DNA of 64,000 nucleotides. Source: an uncultured Comamonadaceae bacterium. GTDB taxonomy: Bacteria; Bacteroidota; Bacteroidia; Flavobacteriales_D; Sanyastnellaceae. Shown in pieces: positions 1 to 9,496 of this stretch (positions within the stretch are counted from its first letter, which is position 1; the number at the start of each line of letters is the position of its first letter). A program made the position numbers and the translations under genes. The notes below the pieces were generated by a model. That model ran no database searches, had not been told where the DNA came from, and worked only from the letters and a program-made list of their open reading frames with translations. The stretch spans positions 1,248 through 65,247 of the forward strand of contig CAZYPV010000007.1 of assembly GCA_964649515.1 (NCBI GenBank). The letters are read 5' to 3'.

Positions 1-77
1 CTCTTCTGGTGACGTAAACGGTCTGCATTTCTGAAAATTTGGGTAAATATACAGCTTACTACTCTTTCAAATTACAA

Positions 78-85
78 TACCTTTG
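78..85 (+). promoter_or_regulatory. candidate Bacteroidetes-type -7 promoter box (TACCTTTG) for hldD
   Basis: Exact TAnnTTTG match 34 nt upstream of the ATG at 120. No convincing -33 TTTG partner seen. Confidence 0.3.
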
Positions 86-119
86 CATCTGTTTTTGTTC
101 GTTCATTAAAGAAAGAAAT

Positions 120-1085
120 ATGATTGTTGTTACAGGTGCAGCCGGTTTTATTGCAAGCGGTTTGGTGCAAAAGCTGAATGAAGAGGGCTTTGTTGACCTC
201 GTTTTGGTAGATGATTTCACCCGCGAAAACCGAAAAGCCAACTACATCGATAAACAATACACCACCTTGGTCGATCGAGCAAACTTCATCGAATGGCTTC
301 ACGCCAATGAAAATCAAGTGCAGTTCATTTTTCACCTCGGTGCAAGAACGGATACCACGGAATTCGATGAGTCCATATTTGACGAGCTCAACCTCAACTA
401 CTCCAAAGCGGTATGGAATGCATGTGTGGAGCACGGCTTGCCTTTGGTTTATGCTTCAAGCGCGGCCACTTATGGAGATGGGGCCTTGGGCTATGATGAT
501 CGGCACGATATTGTGGAGCAACTGAAGCCGCTCAACCCTTATGGCGATTCAAAGAACGATTTCGATAAATGGGCATTGCAACAAGAAAAGCAACCTTATT
601 TTTGGGCGGGCTTGAAGTTCTTTAATGTTTACGGGCCCAATGAATTTCACAAAGGGAGAATGGCTTCTGTCGTTTTTCATTCCTTCAATCAGATTCAAGA
701 AAAAGAAGAGGTCAAGCTCTTTCGTTCGCACCGAGAAGACTACAGCGATGGCGGACAAATGCGGGATTTCGTTTATGTCAAAGATGTGGCCAAGGTGTGC
801 TACTTTCTCATGCACCACCGAAAAGATTCTGGCTTGTACAACTTGGGTTCAGGAAAAGCACGAACGTTCAAAGATTTGGCCACGGCCACTTTCCAGGCTT
901 TAGAAAAAGAGCCGAAAATCAACTTCATCGATACCCCAATCGATATTAGAGATAAGTACCAATATTTCACTGAGGCCAACATGAATAAGCTGCTGAATAT
1001 TGGCTACGATCAAGGTTTTCATAGCTTAGAAGAGGGAGTGAACGATTACGTTAAAAATCATCTTCTCCCGGGGCGCTATTGGTAA
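120..1085 (+). CDS. hldD: ADP-L-glycero-D-manno-heptose 6-epimerase (NAD-dependent epimerase family)
   Basis: The track ORF begins at TTG 39. The first ATG at 120 gives MIVVTGAAGFIASG, a Rossmann GxxGxxG N-terminus. The blocks YASSAATYG, FNVYGPNEFHKGRMASV and RDFVYVKDV match E. coli HldD/RfaD as I recall it. Confidence 0.8.
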   Translation: MIVVTGAAGFIASGLVQKLNEEGFVDLVLVDDFTRENRKANYIDKQYTTLVDRANFIEWLHANENQVQFIFHLGARTDTTEFDESIFDELNLNYSKAVWNACVEHGLPLVYASSAATYGDGALGYDDRHDIVEQLKPLNPYGDSKNDFDKWALQQEKQPYFWAGLKFFNVYGPNEFHKGRMASVVFHSFNQIQEKEEVKLFRSHREDYSDGGQMRDFVYVKDVAKVCYFLMHHRKDSGLYNLGSGKARTFKDLATATFQALEKEPKINFIDTPIDIRDKYQYFTEANMNKLLNIGYDQGFHSLEEGVNDYVKNHLLPGRYW

Positions 1086-1338
1086 GTGCGTCTTGATCGA
1101 GCAATTGCTCCCGCTCAAGGGATTTTTTCTTCTGGCTGAAGGCGTGAATGCTGGCCCACAATAAATAGCCAAAACTCAATACAAAGGGGGACATCCCGAT
1201 GAGTAAACCACTGAGATTTTTGAAGGCTTCCATTCCCGAATAAACAAGGTAAAGACGAAGATACAGTTGCTGACCGAAAATGAACAAAACCAGCAAGTTA
1301 CTGATCAACAAAAAGAGCAAAACTTTGCTTCGGTTCAC
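1051..1338 (-). CDS. small hypothetical membrane protein (two hydrophobic segments)
   Basis: 95-aa ORF whose GTG start overlaps the MerR-like stop (GTGA). It has two hydrophobic stretches. Its 3' end overlaps the hldD 3' end by 35 nt. No family recognised. Confidence 0.35.
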   Translation of the reverse strand: MNRSKVLLFLLISNLLVLFIFGQQLYLRLYLVYSGMEAFKNLSGLLIGMSPFVLSFGYLLWASIHAFSQKKKSLEREQLLDQDALTNSAPGEDDF

Positions 1339-1670
1339 AGTTGTTCTTTCAATTCGAGAAGAAATGCTTTGATTTTACCGAGTTTGGCCACCACTTCTGC
1401 TTCGGAGGCAGCTTGCTCACCATGGTGTTTCATGTGGTTTCGTGCACCATCAAGGGTAAACCCTCTTTCCTTCACGAGGTGGTAAATCACCTTCAAATTT
1501 TCCATGTCCCTCAAGGTAAACATGCGATTGCCTTTCCGGTTCTTCTTGGGTTTGATCACGTCAAATTCTTTCTCCCAAAAACGAATGGTAGAGGCATTCA
1601 CTTCAAAGATTTTGGCAACCTCTGAGATGCTGTAGTATTGCTTCTCTATTTCTTTTTCCTTGTAAGGCAT
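1335..1670 (-). CDS. MerR-family transcriptional regulator
   Basis: 111 aa with an ATG start. The N-terminal YSISEVAKIFEVNASTIRFWEKEF is a MerR-type HTH. Confidence 0.8.
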   Translation of the reverse strand: MPYKEKEIEKQYYSISEVAKIFEVNASTIRFWEKEFDVIKPKKNRKGNRMFTLRDMENLKVIYHLVKERGFTLDGARNHMKHHGEQAASEAEVVAKLGKIKAFLLELKEQL

Positions 1671-1704
1671 TTCTTCGTGAAGAAAGTTAAGTTTTTAAAC
1701 CCAC

Positions 1705-2676
1705 TTAATCAAAGCTCTGATTGGCTGCATTGGATTGTTCCAACATGGCCTCGTACTGTTCAGGCGATAAATCGTTGAAATAAAAATAGGCGGGGTTCAC
1801 TTTTTGACCGTCCTTGATCACTTCATAATGGAGATGTGGGCCAACGGATTTACCGGTGTTTCCAATGAGACCAATAACTTCACCGCGTTTTACTTTCTGA
1901 CCTTCCCTCACTTTGATTTGGCTCATGTGTCCGTAAAGTGTTTCATAACCAAAGCCGTGTTTAATGATCACGTTCTTCCCGTAACCGCTCTGTTTGCGTT
2001 CAACCCGAACAACAATCCCATCTCCAGTGGCAAAGATTTCAGTGCCCGTGGGAGCGGTAAAGTCCATGCCCCAGTGCATTTTTCTAACTTTATATATGGG
2101 ATCAATCCGCCACCCATATCCAGAGGCTACTCGCTTGAGGTCTTCATTCCTCACGGGTTGAATGGCGGGAATGGAAGCGAGCATTTCCGCTTTTGATTTG
2201 GCAATTTCGAAGAGCTCTTCGAAGGATTTGCTCTGCGATACGAGCTGTCTTTCCAATTCAGATACCCGCTTTTGAGCTTCAATAATGAGTTCTGAGTTTT
2301 CGTATCCTTCGTATTCCTGATAGCGGTCGGCACCACCAATTCCCGGTTTCCTGAGGTGCTCGGGATAAGGTTCTGCACCAAAAATGTTTCGGTAAATTTC
2401 ATCGTCCCGCTCGGCAATGTTGTCCAAAACCACCGCCATTTGATTCAATTCCTGATTCAAGTCGTTCACTTGCTCTCGCAGAAAACGATTTTCCCTTTGG
2501 GCGTCGAGAAGTTTCGGACTCTCAAAGAACTGGTCGAAAGTAAAGATGCTCACCAGGGCTACCACCGCAATAAAAGCAGCCACTTTTAACGTCCACCCAG
2601 CATAATCCTTAAAGGTGTAAGGGACTTTCTCATAGACGAGACGACTGGGGTTGTATCTGTAGCGGTAACGAGCCAT
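1705..2676 (-). CDS. M23/LytM-family metallopeptidase, membrane anchored
   Basis: 323 aa with an N-terminal TM segment and a coiled-coil-like middle. The C-terminal M23 blocks are GMDFTAPTGTEIFATGDG and GNTGKSVGPHLHYEV. Confidence 0.85.
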   Translation of the reverse strand: MARYRYRYNPSRLVYEKVPYTFKDYAGWTLKVAAFIAVVALVSIFTFDQFFESPKLLDAQRENRFLREQVNDLNQELNQMAVVLDNIAERDDEIYRNIFGAEPYPEHLRKPGIGGADRYQEYEGYENSELIIEAQKRVSELERQLVSQSKSFEELFEIAKSKAEMLASIPAIQPVRNEDLKRVASGYGWRIDPIYKVRKMHWGMDFTAPTGTEIFATGDGIVVRVERKQSGYGKNVIIKHGFGYETLYGHMSQIKVREGQKVKRGEVIGLIGNTGKSVGPHLHYEVIKDGQKVNPAYFYFNDLSPEQYEAMLEQSNAANQSFD

Positions 2677-2699
2677 GAACTATTGCATTAGGTTGCGCG

Positions 2700-2723
2700 A
2701 AAGTACCCAAAATCACGTACTTT
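2700..2723. promoter_or_regulatory. inverted repeat AAAGTAC-N10-GTACTTT in the divergent M23/MerR - alaS control region
   Basis: Perfect 7-bp arms at 2700-2706 and 2717-2723. The right arm overlaps the candidate alaS -7 box. Confidence 0.35.
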
Positions 2724-2725
2724 TG
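2718..2725 (+). promoter_or_regulatory. candidate -7 promoter box (TACTTTTG) for alaS
   Basis: Exact TAnnTTTG 64 nt upstream of the alaS ATG. A TTG at 2693-2695 gives a rather long 22-nt spacer. Confidence 0.35.
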
Positions 2726-2789
2726 CAATCACTAAAACGCAGGGTACGGGGCTTTAACAGGTCTTAACGCGTATCCAAAAGGCATTATT

Positions 2790-5396
2790 ATGACATCGAA
2801 AGAAATTAGACGCGTATTTCTCGACTTCTTCAAGTCCAAAGAGCATGAATTGGTTACTTCTGCACCAATGGTGATCAAAGACGATCCTACGCTCATGTTC
2901 ACCAACGCGGGGATGAACCAGTTCAAAGACCTCTTTCTTGGTAATTCCGAGATCACATATAAACGTGCTGCGAATTCTCAAAAATGCCTTCGCGTTTCAG
3001 GAAAACACAATGACTTGGAAGAGGTGGGAGTAGATACTTACCACCACACGATGTTTGAAATGCTTGGAAACTGGTCTTTTGGCGACTATTTCAAAGAAGA
3101 GGCCATTGAATGGGCATGGGAACTGCTTACGGAGCGCTACAACATCAAAAAGGACGATCTCTACATCACCATTTTTGAGGGCGATGAAGAAGATGGCTTG
3201 AAGGAAGATGAAGAGGCAAAAGAGATTTGGAAAAAATTAGTGGCAGAAGACCATATCCTTGCGTGTGATAAAAAAGACAATTTCTGGGAAATGGGGGAGA
3301 CGGGGCCTTGTGGACCGTGTTCTGAAATTCATATCGACTTGCGGGATGAGGCGGAAAAAGCCAAAATTCCTGGGAGAGAATTGGTCAACAAAGACCACCC
3401 ACAAGTGATCGAGATTTGGAATTTGGTGTTCATGCAATACATGCGCATGGCCGATCGCTCCCTAAAAACACTCCCCGCCCAGCACATCGATACGGGAATG
3501 GGTTTTGAGCGTTTGGCTGTAGTTCTTCAAAACAAACAATCCAATTATGACACCGATGTCTTTACTCCGCTCATTGAGGCCATTGTAAAGCGCAGTGGTG
3601 TGACCTATCAACGAGGAGATTCCAAACAAGATGTGGCCATTCGAGTCATTTCCGATCACGTTAGGGCTGTCGCATTTTCGATTGCCGATGGTCAGCTTCC
3701 TTCCAACACGGGAGCTGGATACGTCATCCGAAGAATCCTGAGAAGAGCCATTCGTTATGCATTCAGCTTTCTAGAGATGAAAGAAGCTTTCATTTACGAG
3801 CTGGTGGATATTCTCGAGCTTCAATTGGGAGAGGCTTTCCCCGAAATGAGCAAACAGAAGGATTTGATCAAAAAGGTGATCAAAGAAGAAGAGGAAAACT
3901 TCCTGCGAACCTTGGATAAAGGGATCCAGCGGATCAATGATCACATCGCCGGAATGAAGGGCGAGGTGATTGATGGTGCTGTGGTTTTTGAATTGTATGA
4001 TACCTATGGCTTTTCCGACGATTTGACTTCCCTCATTGCCGGTGAAGCCAATAAGAAGGTGGACTTAGAGGGCTTCCGAAAGCACCTTCAAGAACAAAAA
4101 GAGCGCTCCCGAGCTGCAGGTAAGGTAGAAACGGATGATTGGGTAGTGATTGCAGATGACGATGAAACGGAATTTGTAGGCTACGATCGACTTGAAGCGG
4201 AGGTACGCATCACCAAATACCGAAAGGTGAAGGCCAAAGGTAAATCGGGCTATCAATTGGTGTTGAATCTTACTCCTTTTTACCCCGAAGGCGGTGGCCA
4301 ACTTGGAGATGCTGGAGTCCTTGTTTCTGCCAATGAGCGAATTGCGATCACCACCACAAAGAAGGAAAACAATTTGATTGTGCATTACACGGAGCATTGT
4401 CCGGAAAATCCAAAAGCGGTTTTCAAAGCGCAGGTGGACGGATCGAAGAGAAGTTCTTCTGCCCGAAATCACTCTGCTACTCACCTTCTGCACGAGGCCT
4501 TGCGTTCGGTATTGGGAGATCACGTTGAGCAAAAGGGTTCACTGGTGTCTCCCGATTATTTGCGTTTTGATTTCTCCCATTTTTCGAAAATGAAGCCAGA
4601 GGAGATCAAGGAGGTGGAGAACCGAGTAAATGCGGCCATTTTAAAGAATCTTCCTTTGCAGGAGAAGAGAAACACCCCCATTTCAGAGGCGCAAGATATG
4701 GGTGCACTGATGCTTTTTGGCGAAAAATATGGAGATACCGTTCGCGTTATTCAGTTCGGTTCGTCCATCGAACTTTGCGGGGGAACACATGTGAGCGGAA
4801 CCGGAGAAATTGGTCCTTTCCGTATCTTGAGTGAAGGGGCAGTGGCTGCTGGGGTGCGACGTGTTGAGGCCATCTCGGGAGAGCGTTCCATGAAGGTGAT
4901 TCAAGAAGATCGGGCGCTCATTCAAGAGCTGACGGCCAAAACAAAGCAACAAGATGTATTGAAGGCGGTGAATGACCTTCAAGAAAAAAATGCCCTGCTC
5001 GAAAAAGAACTGGCTGCGTTTAAAAAGGCGGCAGCAAAAGACATCAAGTCACAAATCAAACAAGAGATTCAGGAGGTCAATGGGGTTCCTTTCTTGGCCA
5101 AGCGGGTAGATTTGGATGCGGCAGAGATCAAAGACATGGCTTTTGAGCTTAAGGGAGAATGTGAGTCGCTATTTGCCGTTTTTGGCACGGAGAAAGATGG
5201 AAAAGCGCTGATTGCTTGCTTGGTGACCGAAGACCTTGTAAATGCCAAATCCTTGCATGCGGGAAATGTGGTGAAAGAATTGGCCAAGCACATTCAAGGT
5301 GGAGGCGGTGGCCAAGCTTTCTTTGCCACGGCAGGAGGTAAAAATCCGGCGGGCTTGGATGAGGCCATAAAAAATGCGCTTAACTTCATCAGCTAA
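2790..5396 (+). CDS. alaS: alanine--tRNA ligase
   Basis: 868 aa. It has the class II AlaRS N-terminus (FTNAGMNQFK), the editing-domain HSATHLLH motif, and a C-terminal GGGGGQ block. Confidence 0.97.
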   Translation: MTSKEIRRVFLDFFKSKEHELVTSAPMVIKDDPTLMFTNAGMNQFKDLFLGNSEITYKRAANSQKCLRVSGKHNDLEEVGVDTYHHTMFEMLGNWSFGDYFKEEAIEWAWELLTERYNIKKDDLYITIFEGDEEDGLKEDEEAKEIWKKLVAEDHILACDKKDNFWEMGETGPCGPCSEIHIDLRDEAEKAKIPGRELVNKDHPQVIEIWNLVFMQYMRMADRSLKTLPAQHIDTGMGFERLAVVLQNKQSNYDTDVFTPLIEAIVKRSGVTYQRGDSKQDVAIRVISDHVRAVAFSIADGQLPSNTGAGYVIRRILRRAIRYAFSFLEMKEAFIYELVDILELQLGEAFPEMSKQKDLIKKVIKEEEENFLRTLDKGIQRINDHIAGMKGEVIDGAVVFELYDTYGFSDDLTSLIAGEANKKVDLEGFRKHLQEQKERSRAAGKVETDDWVVIADDDETEFVGYDRLEAEVRITKYRKVKAKGKSGYQLVLNLTPFYPEGGGQLGDAGVLVSANERIAITTTKKENNLIVHYTEHCPENPKAVFKAQVDGSKRSSSARNHSATHLLHEALRSVLGDHVEQKGSLVSPDYLRFDFSHFSKMKPEEIKEVENRVNAAILKNLPLQEKRNTPISEAQDMGALMLFGEKYGDTVRVIQFGSSIELCGGTHVSGTGEIGPFRILSEGAVAAGVRRVEAISGERSMKVIQEDRALIQELTAKTKQQDVLKAVNDLQEKNALLEKELAAFKKAAAKDIKSQIKQEIQEVNGVPFLAKRVDLDAAEIKDMAFELKGECESLFAVFGTEKDGKALIACLVTEDLVNAKSLHAGNVVKELAKHIQGGGGGQAFFATAGGKNPAGLDEAIKNALNFIS

Positions 5397-5473
5397 GCGC
5401 ATTTTCTAAAAGGGTGTAATTAGAAGCAGGTTAAGGATCTGCCGTTCACTACAAGGAAAGTATAGTTTTGGTT

Positions 5474-5899
5474 TTAGTGTGCAAACTGTGCGGCTCTGGC
5501 TTTGATTTGATCAATGCTCTGTCCGTAAACCGGACCGTGATAGATCTCATTGTAAGCAAGCGCCATATTGAAAACGTAGAGAATGTTGAGTAGCACTACG
5601 AGGATGTAATCCACCATGCTTGTTTTCCCAAAACTCTGTGCGAGTTCAATCAGGACTTTGAATCCGAAGAAGATGTTGAATAATGGAATGAAGAAGAAAA
5701 AGGCATGCCATTTCGGTCTTCCAACAATATTCATAGTAATTACCAAGTCCCATACAGGAACAATGGATGCAACGCCCGGTTGATTGCACTTCACAAACAA
5801 ACGCCATTTGGCAACGGCGCCAATGAGAAGAAAGAGAAAGATCAGGAAGTAGATTCCGATTCCTCCGTCTGAATTGTTCAATAGATTTTCCATAATCAT
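5474..5899 (-). CDS. small polytopic membrane protein (resembles DUF5684 family)
   Basis: 141 aa with 3-4 hydrophobic segments. The KCNQPGVASIVPVWD...GRPKWH...FGKTS pattern resembles DUF5684 as I recall it. Confidence 0.5.
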   Translation of the reverse strand: MIMENLLNNSDGGIGIYFLIFLFLLIGAVAKWRLFVKCNQPGVASIVPVWDLVITMNIVGRPKWHAFFFFIPLFNIFFGFKVLIELAQSFGKTSMVDYILVVLLNILYVFNMALAYNEIYHGPVYGQSIDQIKARAAQFAH

Positions 5900-6015
5900 G
5901 ATGTTTTTAAGCCGTTCTTAAAAGTTGCGTCTCACTATAAAGACGGATGCTTTTGCCCACGGTTGCCTCTTTTCAAAAAAGGTTTCAAAAAAACAGGGGA
6001 AAATGATGTAGGAAT

Positions 6016-7206
6016 CTAGGCGATGTTCAAGTGGGCATATTTTTTCACTTCGGCAGCAGTGATGTTTTTGGGGCAAAGAATGATGAGCCGTTCAATCACA
6101 TTGCGTAATTCGCGGATGTTTCCGGTCCATTGCCCTTTCTGTAACTCCTTGATTGCTGCGCTTTCAATTTCTTTAATCGGAGCGCCATATTCTTCGCAGA
6201 TCAAGCTAATAAAGTGCTTGGCGAGCAGTTCGATGTCATCAATACGTTCCTTAAGAGCAGGGACGTGAATGGGAATAACACTCAATCGATGATAGAGGTC
6301 TTCCCGAAAATTACCTTCCTCAATTTCTTTACGAAGGTCCTTATTGGTTGCTGCAAAGATCCGCACGTTCACTTTGATGTCTTTGTCTCCACCAACTCGA
6401 GTGATTCGATTTTCTTGTAAAGCGCGAAGCACTTTTGCTTGGGCTGATGGACTCATGTCTCCAATTTCATCCAAAAACAAGGTTCCTCCATCGGCTTGTT
6501 CGAACTTTCCTTTCCGTTGCTTAATGGCACTGGTGAATGCCCCTTTTTCATGACCAAAGAGTTCGCTCTCGATAAGCTCAGACGGGATGGCAGCGCAATT
6601 CACTTCAATGAAGGGCATTTTAGCGCGTTCACTTTTTTCGTGGAGCTGACGGGCCACCAGTTCTTTACCAGAACCATTTCCCCCAGTAATTAATACTCGT
6701 GCATCGGTGGGCGCAACGGTATCAATCAGTTTCTTGATTTCTAAAATGGCTGGAGATTCTCCAATGATGTTGGACCCCAATGCTTTATTGATCTTGCGCT
6801 TCAATACTTTGGTTTCTTCCACCAAGGTTTTTTGATCGCTCGCATTCCGAAGTGTCACCAAAATGCGGTTGAGATCGAGGGGCTTTTCAATGAAGTCGTA
6901 TGCTCCTTTTTTCAAAGCTTCTACCGCGGTTTCTACCGTTCCATGACCCGAGATCATGATGACAGGAGCGTCCACTTCAGCCAACTTGAGTTTTTCCAAA
7001 ACTTCCAAGCCGTCCATTTTCGGCATCTTGATGTCGCAAAAGATGATGTCATAAGCAGTGTCCATGGCTTTCTTCAAGCCAACACTTCCGTCTTCTGCTT
7101 CATCTACTTGATAGTCTTCGTATTCTAAGATTTCTTTGAGGGTACTGCGGATGGCAGCTTCATCGTCAATGATCAATATCTGTGGCATGGATTTCTTTTT
7201 CGACAT
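6016..7206 (-). CDS. sigma-54-dependent response regulator lacking a C-terminal HTH
   Basis: 396 aa. The receiver domain has ILIIDDE and DIKMPKMDG. The AAA+ sigma-54 activator domain has Walker A GGNGSGKE, the GAFTSA loop and Walker B LFLDEIGD. The protein ends 19 aa after GNIRELRNVIERL. Confidence 0.9.
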   Translation of the reverse strand: MSKKKSMPQILIIDDEAAIRSTLKEILEYEDYQVDEAEDGSVGLKKAMDTAYDIIFCDIKMPKMDGLEVLEKLKLAEVDAPVIMISGHGTVETAVEALKKGAYDFIEKPLDLNRILVTLRNASDQKTLVEETKVLKRKINKALGSNIIGESPAILEIKKLIDTVAPTDARVLITGGNGSGKELVARQLHEKSERAKMPFIEVNCAAIPSELIESELFGHEKGAFTSAIKQRKGKFEQADGGTLFLDEIGDMSPSAQAKVLRALQENRITRVGGDKDIKVNVRIFAATNKDLRKEIEEGNFREDLYHRLSVIPIHVPALKERIDDIELLAKHFISLICEEYGAPIKEIESAAIKELQKGQWTGNIRELRNVIERLIILCPKNITAAEVKKYAHLNIA

Positions 7207-7217
7207 GGTATCAAGTA

Positions 7218-8153
7218 TTATTCCGTTTCGGTCATTTTTTGTGCAAGCTCAAAGAGAACACCTTCTTTCAAGGCGTAATTCGACTGATGAATGCGGGTGA
7301 GGTGATATCGCTCCAGGGTAAATTTAATCATGATCATGGCAATAACCATAAAATCGGCACGAATGGGCTGGAGTCCAGGCACGAGAAGTCGTTCGTTTTT
7401 CGTACTGCCGATCAAGGAGTCGAACAAACCTTCAAAATGCGCCGTGTCAATGGGGTTTGCAAGGGGATTGCGTTCCACTCCATATTTAAAATGCGCCATG
7501 TCCACAATGGAATCAAAAGATCCTGAACTTCCCAAAAGCAGGGTGGGTGGATGCTGTTGAACGGCGTCGTCCAAGGTGCTCAATACCTTTGATAAATGTG
7601 CTTTCAGGGTGCTTTGCTCTTCTTCTGTGATGGGGTCTTGAGCTTTGAGCTGTTCAAAAAGTCGGCTCACTCCGAGCGGAAAACTTTCTTTCCAAAAGAG
7701 GGTTTCGTTATTGGCGAGGATGTACTCTGTGCTTCCCCCACCAATGTCCATAATCAAGGCCACTTCATTGCTGAGGTCCAAGCTCTGACGCACGCCTTTC
7801 ATGATGAGCCCCGCTTCTCGATCGCCGTCAATCAGCTGAATTTCAATTCCAAATCGTTCTTTGGCTTCCATCACAAACTGTCTTCCATTTCCCGCTTCAC
7901 GGAGGGCGGAGGTAGCAAATGCGTAGGTTTCATCCACTTGGTAATTCAGGATACTTTCGCGGTGAATGTTCAGGGCGTCCATTCCAATGAGGTAACGTTC
8001 TTTCCGTATGCCTTCCTTTGAAAACCCTCCTTGACCAAGTTTGACGGCTTGTTTGGTGTTGAATACTGCTTTCCAAGTTCCGCCTTCAAGGTCGGCTATG
8101 AGCAGGTTGAAGGTGTTGGTTCCGCAGTCAATTACAGCGACTCGTTTTTTCAT
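7218..8153 (-). CDS. Ppx/GppA-family phosphatase (N-terminal ASKHA domains only)
   Basis: I moved the start to ATG 8153 (MKKRVAVIDCGTNTF), which forms an ATGA overlap with the upstream stop. The DCGTNT and DIGGGSTE motifs are present. There is no HD-type C-terminal domain. Confidence 0.8.
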   Translation of the reverse strand: MKKRVAVIDCGTNTFNLLIADLEGGTWKAVFNTKQAVKLGQGGFSKEGIRKERYLIGMDALNIHRESILNYQVDETYAFATSALREAGNGRQFVMEAKERFGIEIQLIDGDREAGLIMKGVRQSLDLSNEVALIMDIGGGSTEYILANNETLFWKESFPLGVSRLFEQLKAQDPITEEEQSTLKAHLSKVLSTLDDAVQQHPPTLLLGSSGSFDSIVDMAHFKYGVERNPLANPIDTAHFEGLFDSLIGSTKNERLLVPGLQPIRADFMVIAMIMIKFTLERYHLTRIHQSNYALKEGVLFELAQKMTETE

Positions 8154-9496
8154 GAATTGAATTTGATCCATTTCCAAATTTCACGGTAGGATGGTTTTTT
8201 GCCATACATCAATATCCCGGTGCGATAGATTCTTCCTGCAAGCCAAACAAAAAAGAGGGCGGTGGCAAAAAGCAAGACCACAGAGAGCAACAATTCCCAA
8301 ATGGTGGTGCTGTTCATGGGGGTTCGAATCATCATGATGATGGGGGAAGAAAGCGGCACGAAACTAAAGATTTTCGCCGCAAAGCCTTCCGGGTTTTGAA
8401 CGCTCATGATGGCCACAAAATAAGAGAAGAAAAGCGGCAGCATCACGGGCATCAAGAATTGTTGGGTGTCGGTTTCACTATCCACGGCGGCACCAACACT
8501 GGCAAACAAGGATCCATAAAGGAGGTATCCGCCAATGAAATAAATGAAAAACATGAAGAGAATCAGTGGCCAATTGATGGATACCAACAAGCTAAATCCT
8601 TCCTGTTGTTGAAGAAAGGTTTCAAAATCAATGGGGGTTTGTCCGCCAGACCGCAAGCCATTAACAGCGGCAACGCTATCAAATCCTCCGCTTTCGAAGA
8701 TCATGCCTGCTATTGAAAAAATGAGGATGGAAAGCACGATCCAGATGAGGAATTGAGTGAGTCCAACCAAGCCAATGCCGATGATTTTCCCCATCATCAG
8801 TTGAAAGGGTTTGATGGAGCTCACAATGACTTCAACAATGCGGTTCGATTTTTCTTCAATGACGCCACGCATCACTTGCGATCCATAGAGAAAGATGAAA
8901 AAGAAGATAATGACGGCGAGCATCATGCCCACAATTCCCTTTTCTTGGTCAAGCGAGGCGTCTTCTTTGTGCATGATGTCGAACTTGGCGAGCGAGATGC
9001 TTGTTTTGAGTCGCTTGTAAGTGCGGTAATCAATTTGATCGTTTTCCCTCACTTTTACTCGTTCGATGCCGTTTTCCAATGCCCCCGTGATGCGCATGCT
9101 CACCTGTGTGGAAGGAAGGTCTTTGTAGTAAAGGTGTGCTTTCTTCGCTGCAAGAATGGAGTCGTCGAACTCCAGCATCAAGGTGTACGGACTGTTGATA
9201 AAACTGCTGTCGCTAGGAAGTTGATCCGTAAAATGGAACTGCAGCTTTTCGTCGCCTTTGAAGATTTCGGGATAGGTGGGCTCCATCCGACCACTCTTCG
9301 GGTTCACGTAGCTCAGCATGCCAGCGTAATCGACAACAAGCACTTCGTGTTCAGTATTGTCTGCTACCGATACCCAAATGGCAGCGGCAATAATGCCTGC
9401 AAAGAGGAGCGGACCAAGAATGGTCATCAATATAAACGACTTCTTGCGCACTCTGCTGCTGTATTCTCTTCCGATAACGAGTCCGATTTTACTCAT
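8150..9496 (-). CDS. ABC-2 type transporter permease (NatB-like topology)
   Basis: 448 aa: one N-terminal TM, a loop of about 150 aa, then about five TM segments. It overlaps the ATPase gene by 8 nt. Confidence 0.75.
   Translation of the reverse strand: MSKIGLVIGREYSSRVRKKSFILMTILGPLLFAGIIAAAIWVSVADNTEHEVLVVDYAGMLSYVNPKSGRMEPTYPEIFKGDEKLQFHFTDQLPSDSSFINSPYTLMLEFDDSILAAKKAHLYYKDLPSTQVSMRITGALENGIERVKVRENDQIDYRTYKRLKTSISLAKFDIMHKEDASLDQEKGIVGMMLAVIIFFFIFLYGSQVMRGVIEEKSNRIVEVIVSSIKPFQLMMGKIIGIGLVGLTQFLIWIVLSILIFSIAGMIFESGGFDSVAAVNGLRSGGQTPIDFETFLQQQEGFSLLVSINWPLILFMFFIYFIGGYLLYGSLFASVGAAVDSETDTQQFLMPVMLPLFFSYFVAIMSVQNPEGFAAKIFSFVPLSSPIIMMIRTPMNSTTIWELLLSVVLLFATALFFVWLAGRIYRTGILMYGKKPSYREIWKWIKFNS

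Noticed and set aside
39-119. N-terminal extension of the hldD ORF from a TTG start
   Set aside because: The extension (MGKYTAYYSFKLQYLCICF...) precedes the Rossmann N-terminus, which normally begins the protein. A candidate promoter box lies inside it.
5900-6015. Remnant of a lost HTH exon, or a terminator, after the sigma-54 regulator
   Set aside because: The region is too short and has stop codons in all frames for an HTH. Only weak AT-rich pairings are present, so no terminator is called.
8318-8332. GGTTCGAATC, a tRNA T-arm-like string
   Set aside because: It lies inside the ABC permease CDS, with no acceptor or anticodon stems around it. I found no tRNA cloverleaf anywhere in the intergenic regions.
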